A DNA stretch of 64,000 bases from Minisyncoccota bacterium (lineage in GTDB: Bacteria; Patescibacteriota; Minisyncoccia; Phycocordibacterales; UBA9973): positions 14,600 through 78,599 of the forward strand of contig JBAYVZ010000002.1 of NCBI GenBank assembly GCA_041674285.1, given 5' to 3'. The first letter of the stretch is position 1. Each line of letters opens with the position of its first letter. Position numbers and translations under genes: made by a program. Below are positions 56,137 to 64,000 of this stretch, piece after piece. Under the pieces are notes generated by a model that saw only the letters and a list, made by a program, of their open reading frames with translations, was not told the DNA's origin and ran no database searches.

Positions 56137-56637
56137 ATGAAATTATCACTCATCGCAGCCATAGGTCGCAACAATGAACTAGGAAAGGCAAATACCCTAC
56201 TGTGGGATTTGCCCCGTGATATGAAGCATTTCCGTGAGACTACCAGTGGACGGACTATCGTCATGGGTCAAAAGACTTTTGAATCCCTAGGTCGCCCACT
56301 ACCTAGGCGCAGGAATATCGTACTGACAAAAGATGAAGCATTCCACCCAGAGGGGGTGGAGATAGTGTACTCTACAGAGGAGATAGATGAGCTACTGAAA
56401 AACACTGCGACTCCAGATGAAGAGATATTTATAATCGGTGGAGGTCAGATATACAAGATCATGATCTAAAAAGCAGACAGACTATATATCACTCATGTCG
56501 ATATGGAAGACAAAGAAGCAGAGATATACTTCCCTGCTATAGATGAGAACATATGGGGTAAAATAAAGAACGAACATTTTGATGCCGACAATGAAAATAT
56601 ATACAATCTAGATTTTGCAATTTACGAAAGAAAATAA
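56137..56637 (+). CDS. folA: dihydrofolate reductase interrupted by an in-frame TAA at 56467..56469
   Basis: N-part MKLSLIAAIGRNNELG...GGGQIYKIMI and C-part KADRLYITHVDMEDKEAEIYFPAIDENIW are in the same frame and together match DHFR (E. coli ...[27 protein letters not shown]...). Confidence 0.75.
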
Positions 56638-56639
56638 AA

Positions 56640-56675
56640 TAATCCCGACCTAGGTCGGGATTATTTTATTTTATG
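56640..56675. terminator. bidirectional terminator (folA / MazG-like)
   Basis: aatcccgacc-tag-gtcgggatt followed by a T-run. Confidence 0.75.
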
Positions 56676-57003
56676 GATCAATATCTGTTTTTTCTCTAAT
56701 GAATATATCTTTGCCATCTGGAGATTTTGTCTTGATATATTTTCTGTGTTTATTAACCTCAATCTTTCTGACTAACTCTTTTTCCAAATCATAGCCCAGA
56801 ATCTCACACATACCGAGTATGAATATCATCACATCAGCAAGCTCCTCTGCTACTCCGTCTTGATTTTTATTGAATTTAGAAAATGCTTCAGAGAGCTCCT
56901 CATGGGCACGACAAAAATCCAAAGCCATATCGGTAGTATTAAAACCTTTCTCAACCTTATTCCTCATCACTTCTGTTTGTAATTCTTTGAGATCTACTGA
57001 CAT
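56671..57003 (-). CDS. MazG-like nucleotide pyrophosphohydrolase
   Basis: EExxE...EELADVMIFILGMCEILGYDLE pattern of the MazG NTP-PPase domain; start taken at MSVDLKELQ. Confidence 0.55.
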   Translation of the reverse strand: MSVDLKELQTEVMRNKVEKGFNTTDMALDFCRAHEELSEAFSKFNKNQDGVAEELADVMIFILGMCEILGYDLEKELVRKIEVNKHRKYIKTKSPDGKDIFIREKTDIDP

Positions 57004-57010
57004 AAAATTA

Positions 57011-57517
57011 TTATTGATCCTTATAAGGCTCAACTTCATTATTTATAATTACTAGCTCAATACCAGCTTTTTGGAAAATATCTTTTGATTGCTTTGTGGC
57101 ATGATAATCCCGCAATGCCACCACGCGCACGATACCCGAATTGATAATCATCTTTGCGCATGTATAGCACGGGACCATTTTGCAGTACACAGTACCTCCG
57201 TCTATAGACACTCCGGATTTTGCAGCATTTGCAATAGCATTCTGCTCGGCATGAGCAGTACGAATACAATGGCGAGACACTGTACCATCGTCATGAGTGA
57301 CCGTATGCATCTCGTGACCTACTTCATCGCAATGAGGTAAACCTATAGGAGAACCGACATATCCAGTAGAGAGAATTCTTTTATCACGAGTGATGACTGA
57401 GCCAGCCCTACCACGATCACAAGTGCCACGGGTACCAACCATGCCTGCAAGCTCTAAAAAGTATTCATCCCAAGTAGGGCGAATGTGAACATCAGTATGA
57501 TCTTCCGGTGTATTCAT
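57011..57517 (-). CDS. dCMP deaminase (ComEB-type)
   Basis: 168 aa; zinc motifs HAEQNAI and PCYTCAKMII. Confidence 0.85.
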   Translation of the reverse strand: MNTPEDHTDVHIRPTWDEYFLELAGMVGTRGTCDRGRAGSVITRDKRILSTGYVGSPIGLPHCDEVGHEMHTVTHDDGTVSRHCIRTAHAEQNAIANAAKSGVSIDGGTVYCKMVPCYTCAKMIINSGIVRVVALRDYHATKQSKDIFQKAGIELVIINNEVEPYKDQ

Positions 57518-57610
57518 ATATCAGATTATATGCCTTTTATCCATAAAAGCCAAGATAACAAAAGAGCCTTTAATCTTTCGATCAAAGGCTCCTTATTTCG
57601 GTTTAGAAAA

Positions 57611-58237
57611 TTATTTACAACAGAGGATTTCAAGGGCTTTTTGATAAGCCGGTCCATCACAAAGTGTTTTCATGTTTCCCTGAATAAGTACAGGGTCGTT
57701 TACATCACCTGGCTTGTAAGGATCAGATACACAGATTATCTCCCCGCAGTCATAATCACCGGGATCCACATAATGTATAGTGGAACAGAATTCAGACTGG
57801 CCATCCATAAAGGCACCCACCACAGCGTTGTCGCCTCTGTACTTTGGTTTTTTGTCATCACCCAAAATCCGTAAGTCAGCTGGATGAACATTCACAATTT
57901 TCTTATGATAAGTATCAATAAAAGAATTAGGAATAATCAACATAAATCCAGCGAGCAATACCAAGTCAACCTGATAGGTATCCAGTATTGTTTCAATTCC
58001 AAAAAAATACTGGGCTCGTTTTTCTTTTGATGAAAGATCTGTGCGAAATTTTTTCCAATCTTTTACAATACAAGGTATTCCTATTTTTTGAAAATACGAA
58101 ATACCACTGGCACCCTCAGCACTCGACACAGCACAAACGAATTCATAATTTTTATCACAATTCGGGTCTTTCTCAGACAGAAATACACCGGAGCTGCCGC
58201 CGCCAGTAAACAAAATAGCAATTCTAAGTTTTTTCAT
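57611..58237 (-). CDS. formyltransferase-family protein (PurN/Fmt N-domain-like)
   Basis: Rossmann start MKKLRIAILFTGGGS; NVHPADL and TIHYVDPGDYDCGEIIC match the formyl_trans_N catalytic region. Confidence 0.55.
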   Translation of the reverse strand: MKKLRIAILFTGGGSSGVFLSEKDPNCDKNYEFVCAVSSAEGASGISYFQKIGIPCIVKDWKKFRTDLSSKEKRAQYFFGIETILDTYQVDLVLLAGFMLIIPNSFIDTYHKKIVNVHPADLRILGDDKKPKYRGDNAVVGAFMDGQSEFCSTIHYVDPGDYDCGEIICVSDPYKPGDVNDPVLIQGNMKTLCDGPAYQKALEILCCK

Positions 58238-58323
58238 ACGTATTAAATTAAAATGGGTTTTTTGTGATATTACCACAAAATAATAAAAAAACAATGGATC
58301 ATAAATCCATTGTTTTTTTATTA

Positions 58324-59601
58324 TTAAGAAACTTTTTCTAGTTTAATATTTATTAGTCTGATTATGTTGCCGGACAATACTTTTAATTCTACGTAGTCAC
58401 CTACATTTTTATCTCTAATCAGAAAAGTAAAATCTCCTTCTTCATCTATCTTTTGACCGTCTATTTCCAGGATGACATCACCCTCTTTGATGCCTGCTTT
58501 CTCAGCTGGAGAATTTGGCACAATAGCTGTTTCCCCCTTGGATCCTTTTGTAATCCACACACCATAGTCCACAGTCAGACCCTTGCTCTTTTTAATCTCT
58601 GGATTTATCGTGACGTATCTTACTCCTACATAAGGCCTAGATATAGTACCGGTCTTTTTTACAGAATCAATAACACTCTTTATGCTATTGATAGGTAGAG
58701 CAAACCCAATATTCTCAGACCCAGAAACAACAGCGACATTTACTCCAATAACATTAGAATTAATGTCGAGCAGTGGGCCACCTGAATTCCCTGGATTGAT
58801 AGCTGCGTCAGTCTGAATCACTTTACTTAATTTTTCAGATCCGCCCCCGCCAGTCGATGCAGTTACAGACCTAGACAATCCAGACACCACACCCACAGAT
58901 ACAGTATTTTTAAATTGACCCAGAGCATTACCTATAGCTACTACACTCTGCCCCACCTCAATAGTATCTGAGTCCCCTAATTGCAAATATGAGAATTTAT
59001 CCGTTGAAGATACTTTTAATATTGCTACGTCTAGCACATCATCCCGTGCAAGAACCGTCGCATCATATACCTTGCTATTATTCAGAGTGACACTGTACGA
59101 AGCACTAGTATCAGATACTACATGCTTATTTGTGACTATATATCCATCAGAAGATATGAGGAAGCCTGTCCCACTACCAGTCTTTTTCTTCTCCGTACCG
59201 TTCTGGACATAAGTAGGGGTTCTAAATATTCCACCAAAAACATTGGTGTCATTGTAAACTACATCATATTTAGGGACATCTTTCATCCCCACGATAGAGA
59301 CTACAGCTACATTTGATTTACGAACTACGTCTACGACAGTTGGATTCTTTACCTGTTGCGATGCGACAGGCGTAGGCTCAGTATCCAATACAGGCTCTGG
59401 TATATTTGAGTAGACAGAGACAATCTGATTATCCTGACTAGTTATAATAAAATCAATAATTCTATTTTTATTCAAAAAAATAACCAAACAAAAAACCAAG
59501 AGTGTAGCTACTGTGGTCAAAAAACTCACCGCAACAGTTTTGCGTATTTTGCGACTTATAATCTTATTTATTTTTTGAAAATTAATTTTTTGCACAATCA
59601 A
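58324..59601 (-). CDS. htrA: HtrA/DegP-family serine protease with PDZ domain
   Basis: 425 aa; TM anchor, trypsin-like triad motifs (TNKHVV, GNSGGPLL), C-terminal PDZ. Confidence 0.85.
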   Translation of the reverse strand: MIVQKINFQKINKIISRKIRKTVAVSFLTTVATLLVFCLVIFLNKNRIIDFIITSQDNQIVSVYSNIPEPVLDTEPTPVASQQVKNPTVVDVVRKSNVAVVSIVGMKDVPKYDVVYNDTNVFGGIFRTPTYVQNGTEKKKTGSGTGFLISSDGYIVTNKHVVSDTSASYSVTLNNSKVYDATVLARDDVLDVAILKVSSTDKFSYLQLGDSDTIEVGQSVVAIGNALGQFKNTVSVGVVSGLSRSVTASTGGGGSEKLSKVIQTDAAINPGNSGGPLLDINSNVIGVNVAVVSGSENIGFALPINSIKSVIDSVKKTGTISRPYVGVRYVTINPEIKKSKGLTVDYGVWITKGSKGETAIVPNSPAEKAGIKEGDVILEIDGQKIDEEGDFTFLIRDKNVGDYVELKVLSGNIIRLINIKLEKVS

Positions 59602-59606
59602 TAAAA

Positions 59607-60218
59607 TTATCTAATAATGAAAAACCCTAGAACCATAGCTATAAAATTCAATATAGTATGACTAATAGATATAAGTATTATATTTGGCTTATATATATAC
59701 ATCCAGGCAAAACCTATTCCCGCAATAAAAGTCAGAGGTAATACAAATACTGCATTTGCATATATCACATGAATTAAAGCAAACACTAAAGCATTTATAA
59801 ATATCACAATCTTTATATCCTCAAAAGCTTTCAATAGCATTTTAATTAGCACTCCACGGAAAACTATCTCTTGTAAAATACTTATAGGGGCAAATAATAA
59901 TAAAAATTTCTTATTCTCGTACCAATTCATCATCGGATTATGAGGGACTAGGGTCTCGAGCCACAACAAGAAAAAAATTGCACCAAAAGTAAATAGCAAG
60001 TAGGATTTCCAGTCTGACAACCAGTCTTTTTTAAAACCTATGTCTTCATATGTCCAAGCCGCTCTATGTATAACACCGAGAAGCATAATCGCTACAAAAA
60101 ATAAAACCAGGAAACGATAACTACCAGGAATAATATTGAAGTACAATAAAAACACGGGCAAGAGAAACAAATAAAATATCTGGACCAAAACTATTTCTTT
60201 TTCTCTGAATGTGTCCAT
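59607..60218 (-). CDS. CPBP family intramembrane metalloprotease (CAAX protease/Abi)
   Basis: 203 aa; motif EExxxRG (QEIVFRGVL) and FxxxH (FALIHVIY) within a TM bundle. Confidence 0.75.
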   Translation of the reverse strand: MDTFREKEIVLVQIFYLFLLPVFLLYFNIIPGSYRFLVLFFVAIMLLGVIHRAAWTYEDIGFKKDWLSDWKSYLLFTFGAIFFLLWLETLVPHNPMMNWYENKKFLLLFAPISILQEIVFRGVLIKMLLKAFEDIKIVIFINALVFALIHVIYANAVFVLPLTFIAGIGFAWMYIYKPNIILISISHTILNFIAMVLGFFIIR

Positions 60219-60222
60219 GGGA

Positions 60223-60594
60223 TTATTTTAAAATTCTATTTACCTTTTCTACGTCACGAGCGATCTGCTCTACCAGGTCGACGGTCTCATCAAACATCTG
60301 TATGTCGCGTATATATTCTACTATATCAACTTCGATATCTAAGCCATCTGTATTTGGGAAATTGTCATCGGTAACATCTATCAGATACACTTCGAGCTGT
60401 GATTCCTTTTCTCCAAAAGTAGGGACCGGACCAAAGTGTAATGCACCCTTGTATGCCCTACCACCAATATCTACCCATGCGGCGTAAATACCCTCTTCGA
60501 GCATTATCTCTTCGGGGATAGTCAGATTAATCGTCGGGAAACCCAGATTCTTGCCGCGACCGATACCTTTTATATGTCTTGATTGAAATACCAT
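60223..60594 (-). CDS. riboflavin kinase (flavokinase domain only)
   Basis: 123 aa; GxGxGKxLGFPTxN and PTFGE...QLEVYLID match the RibF C-terminal domain. Confidence 0.65.
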   Translation of the reverse strand: MVFQSRHIKGIGRGKNLGFPTINLTIPEEIMLEEGIYAAWVDIGGRAYKGALHFGPVPTFGEKESQLEVYLIDVTDDNFPNTDGLDIEVDIVEYIRDIQMFDETVDLVEQIARDVEKVNRILK

Positions 60595-60617
60595 TTTAAT
60601 ATTTTACACTATTTAGA

Positions 60618-61538
60618 TTAATTTGTAATCTGGACAGATTGATTGATGCGGGCGATTTTATATATAGCAAAACAAAGCACAAAAGCAGCAATTAGCTGAG
60701 ATGCGGACAAGAAGTTATTGTATAGCTTCATATCTATGAGTATGGCCACAAATGGGAATGTGAGTTCTAAAATTGTAGCGATGTGGACTTTTGTCATAGA
60801 CAGACCCTTGTAGTAGATCACCAGGGCAACCATCCCCGTAGACACAGCAATCAAACTAAACAAGCCGAACTGATTCAGGGTCGGTAGAAATAATGAACCT
60901 CCATATCCAAGGACCAAAAGCACAACCAGAGAGATGACACCAGTAAATAAAAATCTATAGAAAGTAGTCACTTCGTGGGAAATTTTTGTCAGTATCATCT
61001 TTGAAAATGTAGTTGATGTACCCCATGCAAATGCAGCACCCACAGCATAGAGTGCGGCTATCACAGTATCCCCTCCTGTAGCCATATTCACATAGCCATC
61101 TTTGAATGTCACAAAAAATGCTGCGATGATAGCAATCACAGCCCACTTTATATATGACTTTTCAAATTTTTCTTTCAATAAAATCGAGGAACTAGTGATG
61201 GCAAAGATAGGCTGAATCTTTTGTAATAAAAATACTACAGAGAAAGATATAAAATGTACTTTCAAAAGTGCAGTAGTAAACCATAGAGTACCGAGTAGAC
61301 CACTGAGTATAGCGACAAGTAATAGTAACCAAAAACTACGCCTATCTATCTTCTCTAAAATAATTTTCTTCCAAACAAAAGGTAGCAGTATGACTAGGCC
61401 TATTATATGTTCAAAAAATATTATAGTTATAGGTGGCAGACTATACAAAGACCTCCTGATAACCCCATCAAAAGCCCATAGTAGCGCAGCAATTATTATA
61501 AATACCGGTCCCCAATTTTTAATTCCCATTTTATTCAT
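60618..61538 (-). CDS. DMT-superfamily (EamA-like) transporter
   Basis: 306 aa; 10 TM helices as two EamA-like repeats. Confidence 0.7.
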   Translation of the reverse strand: MNKMGIKNWGPVFIIIAALLWAFDGVIRRSLYSLPPITIIFFEHIIGLVILLPFVWKKIILEKIDRRSFWLLLLVAILSGLLGTLWFTTALLKVHFISFSVVFLLQKIQPIFAITSSSILLKEKFEKSYIKWAVIAIIAAFFVTFKDGYVNMATGGDTVIAALYAVGAAFAWGTSTTFSKMILTKISHEVTTFYRFLFTGVISLVVLLVLGYGGSLFLPTLNQFGLFSLIAVSTGMVALVIYYKGLSMTKVHIATILELTFPFVAILIDMKLYNNFLSASQLIAAFVLCFAIYKIARINQSVQITN

Positions 61539-61574
61539 ATAGATGATAGTATACTAATAAAATTAATATTTAAA

Positions 61575-61598
61575 AAGCCCCATATTGGGGCTTTTTAT
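61575..61598 (-). terminator. terminator after the 61597..62023 gene
   Basis: aaaaagcccca-tatt-ggggcttttt. Confidence 0.7.
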
Positions 61599-62023
61599 TA
61601 TCTAGATAAAGTTGTCGGTCTAATCTGAACAGAGGTTGCTGTGACTGAGCCATCACTATTTGTAGTACCATTTATCATCACTTGCTTACCTGTGGATACG
61701 TCAGAGATTAAACCTTAAGCAAACTTACTAATCTCAGTAGATGGAGAATACAATACTATCTTGGAACTACCGTCTCGCATCTTTACTACCATACTATTTG
61801 TATCGACAGACAAGACTTCGCCACTCACAAAACCACCACCTCTCATACTCATACCACCTTGACCTCTATTCATAGACCCACCCTTTGCAGAAAATCCAGA
61901 ATCCATACCTCCCTTCATCGTCGAAGTAGAACTACTATTTCCTACAAAAAATCCTACCCCTCCACCAATAATAAATGCAATAATCACTATAACCAAGAAA
62001 TGCTCCTTTTTTATATTTTTCAT
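61597..62023 (-). CDS. small secreted/membrane-anchored Gly-rich protein with an in-frame TAA at 61715..61717
   Basis: 102-aa ORF continues in the same frame for about 38 more codons (GLISDVSTGKQVMINGTTNSDGSV...) up to the terminator; the two halves are internally repeated (GEVLSVD... / GLISDVS...). Confidence 0.4.
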
Positions 62024-62073
62024 ATGTTTAAAATAATTAGTTAAATAATTAATAATACTAATAAAATAAATCG

Positions 62074-63297
62074 TTATTCATACCTCAGGGCTTCAATGGG
62101 ATTGAGCTTTGAAGCTTTTTTTGCAGGATAATAACCAAATACAATACCAATAGCAGCAGAGACACCAAATGACAACAAGACAGAAGATACAGATACAGTA
62201 GTCTGAAGTATCCCCAACTTGGAAACAAGCGCCGAGACACCCCACCCGAGAGCCACACCTATGACACCTCCGATAAATGTCAGCATTATGGCTTCGATTA
62301 AAAATTGACGATTTATATCACGACGCTGTGCACCGATAGCTTTGCGTAGGCCAATCTCCCGAGTACGCTCGGTTACAGTAGTGAGCATCATATTCATGAT
62401 GCCGATACCTCCTACTACCAATGATATACCCGCAACAGCAGCTAGTAATATAGTAAATGTACCAGTGACAGAGGAAGCTGTAGCTATGATATCTGCTTGA
62501 TTCAAAGTAGAAAAATCTGCAGCAGAAGGGTCAGTAATATCATGACGCGACAACAACAGATTAGTAATTTCTGATTGTACGACAGTAGTGGTATCTGCGT
62601 CCTCTGCACTGACAGAGATACTAGACACATACTCATCCCCAGAAAGAAACTTTTGAGCAGTTGTGACTGGAATAAAAATCATATCATCTGAATTCTGAAA
62701 ACCAGATCCACCTTTTGATCGAGTTACACCTATAACTTTAAAATTAATTTGTTTTATTTTTATGGTCTTGCCGATAGGATCAGTATCTTCACCAAACAAA
62801 TCCACCTGAACGGTAGGACCGATGACTGCAACTTTGGCTGAGCTGTCTACATTTTGATCGGTAATAAATGATCCATTATCTACAAATAAATTACGGACAT
62901 CTGAATACGAGGCAGTGGTACCTACTACTGATGTATTTGTATTTGTACCTTTTGCAGATACTTGATATCGACTAGTAACTTCGGGTGATACAGACCGAAC
63001 CCCAACTATACCGGACTGTATAGCATACGCATCATCTAGAGTTAGACTCTTGGCAGTACCTCTACCACCACTAACTTGAAATCCAGGTCCACGAGCCGTA
63101 CCCGGAGTCACTATAATTAAGTTAGATCCGATTGATTGTATTGATGCCTGAATCGAGGACTGAGCCCCTTGACCGATAGCTGTCATAGCGATTACGGATG
63201 CGATACCAATAACGATACCGAGCATAGTCAGACCTGATCGGATTTTGTTACTGGATAGTGCAATCCATGTCTCTTCTAAAATATCTTTTGTTTTCAT
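62074..63297 (-). CDS. ABC transporter permease (FtsX/MacB family)
   Basis: 407 aa; N-terminal TM, large periplasmic domain, 3 C-terminal TM helices (FtsX domain). Confidence 0.8.
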   Translation of the reverse strand: MKTKDILEETWIALSSNKIRSGLTMLGIVIGIASVIAMTAIGQGAQSSIQASIQSIGSNLIIVTPGTARGPGFQVSGGRGTAKSLTLDDAYAIQSGIVGVRSVSPEVTSRYQVSAKGTNTNTSVVGTTASYSDVRNLFVDNGSFITDQNVDSSAKVAVIGPTVQVDLFGEDTDPIGKTIKIKQINFKVIGVTRSKGGSGFQNSDDMIFIPVTTAQKFLSGDEYVSSISVSAEDADTTTVVQSEITNLLLSRHDITDPSAADFSTLNQADIIATASSVTGTFTILLAAVAGISLVVGGIGIMNMMLTTVTERTREIGLRKAIGAQRRDINRQFLIEAIMLTFIGGVIGVALGWGVSALVSKLGILQTTVSVSSVLLSFGVSAAIGIVFGYYPAKKASKLNPIEALRYE

Positions 63298-63414
63298 CCC
63301 GTATGAAATAGGAAATGTCTACATTTCCGTATTTAATTATATTCATCATTAATAATACCGACTGAGTTTATCTTTTAAATCCGTAAAAAATAAAACAAAC
63401 ACATTTCGTACGGG
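63298..63414 (-). mobile_element. MITE-like element, copy 6 (117 bp) at the permease start codon
   Basis: TIR cccgtatgaaat/atttcgtacggg (T.G wobble on the plus strand only); ttcat duplicated; interior about 80% identical to copy 5. Confidence 0.6.
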
Positions 63415-63425
63415 ATTCATATTAT

Positions 63426-64000
63426 TTAAACTTTTGTTTTTTTATCACTGAGAATCAATCCGTCCTTGATATGAATAATCCTATCTGCATGCATAGCGAC
63501 GTCTAGTTCATGAGTAATCAATATAATAGTACGACCATGTTCACGATTTAATTTTTCAAAAGTTCCTAATACTATATCCCCAGTCTTTGAGTCTAGATTA
63601 CCAGTCGGCTCATCCGCCAGAATCAACGTAGGGTCATTCACCAATGCACGAGCAATCGCTACGCGCTGTATCTGCCCACCAGACAACTGATTAGAAAGAT
63701 GGTTAAAATGCTGTTCATCGAGACCCGCGGCCAATAGTGCAGAGCTTGCCCTCTTTATCCTTTCTGATTCTTCAACTCCAGCATATACTAACGGCAAACT
63801 CACATTTCGTATGACAGTAGTACGAGGAAGTAGATTGAATGATTGAAAGACAAAACCGATTTTATCTTTTCTTATATTTGCCAATTCATCATCAGACAAA
63901 GTAGAGACATCTCTATTGTCTAAAAAATAAGAACCTGAAGTCGGATTATCTAATGCTCCCAATATATGCATCAATGTAGATTTTCCTGAACCAGACGGAC
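63426..64000 (-). CDS. ABC transporter ATP-binding protein (MacB/LolD-like), N-terminus outside the window
   Basis: Walker [10 protein letters not shown] at the window edge, ABC signature LSGGQ ([15 protein letters not shown]), Walker [12 protein letters not shown]. Confidence 0.85.
   Translation of the reverse strand, partial: PSGSGKSTLMHILGALDNPTSGSYFLDNRDVSTLSDDELANIRKDKIGFVFQSFNLLPRTTVIRNVSLPLVYAGVEESERIKRASSALLAAGLDEQHFNHLSNQLSGGQIQRVAIARALVNDPTLILADEPTGNLDSKTGDIVLGTFEKLNREHGRTIILITHELDVAMHADRIIHIKDGLILSDKKTKV

Noticed and set aside
1-64000. Alternative genetic code (UGA recoding, as in some CPR lineages)
   Set aside because: Long intact ORFs are obtained with the standard code; the in-frame stops observed are UAA, which is also the predominant genuine stop codon here, so recoding is unlikely.

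Overview
This 64 kb window is low-GC (about 35%), gene-dense bacterial chromosome carrying mostly housekeeping genes. The organism looks genome-reduced (short DnaX and IF-2, five NUDIX genes, nucleotide salvage genes), possibly a CPR/Patescibacteria-like or reduced Firmicute-like lineage. Genes generally lack Shine-Dalgarno motifs, and several promoters sit so close to the ATG that the mRNAs must be leaderless or nearly so. Coding content includes tRNA synthetases (serS, metG, glyS, ileS, argS), replication and repair genes (dnaX, topA, dprA, ssb, recO, parB), translation genes (infB, rbfA, rpsF-ssb-rpsR, secG), clpB, rnj, and a compact dTMP-synthesis and dNTP-sanitation cluster (glyA, thyA, folA, dCMP deaminase, tmk, dut, DNPH1-like, MazG-like, four NUDIX). 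There are four tRNAs (Gln-UUG, Tyr-GUA, Cys-GCA, Leu-UAG), many hairpin terminators, and a T-box leader upstream of ileS. The most striking feature is a family of seven 70-119 bp elements with 12 bp terminal inverted repeats flanked by 4-6 bp direct duplications. Six of the seven are inserted exactly at the start codons of minus-strand genes (dnaX, a 189-aa secreted protein, rpsR, ssb, glyS, an ABC permease), all in the same orientation. Each such insertion duplicates the ATG, creates a small upstream ORF, and the terminal stems and internal hairpin change by compensatory substitutions between copies. Other notable points are a histidine-phosphatase domain inserted into IleRS, in-frame TAA stops in folA and a small secreted protein, a one-base frameshift in glyS, a solo wHTH plus Cas2-like protein, an aldo/keto reductase gene bracketed by a 37 bp direct repeat, and a BNR/Fn3/peptidoglycan-binding surface protein with near-identical tandem DNA repeats. 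No CRISPR array, rRNA, integrase or recognisable multi-gene defence system was found.
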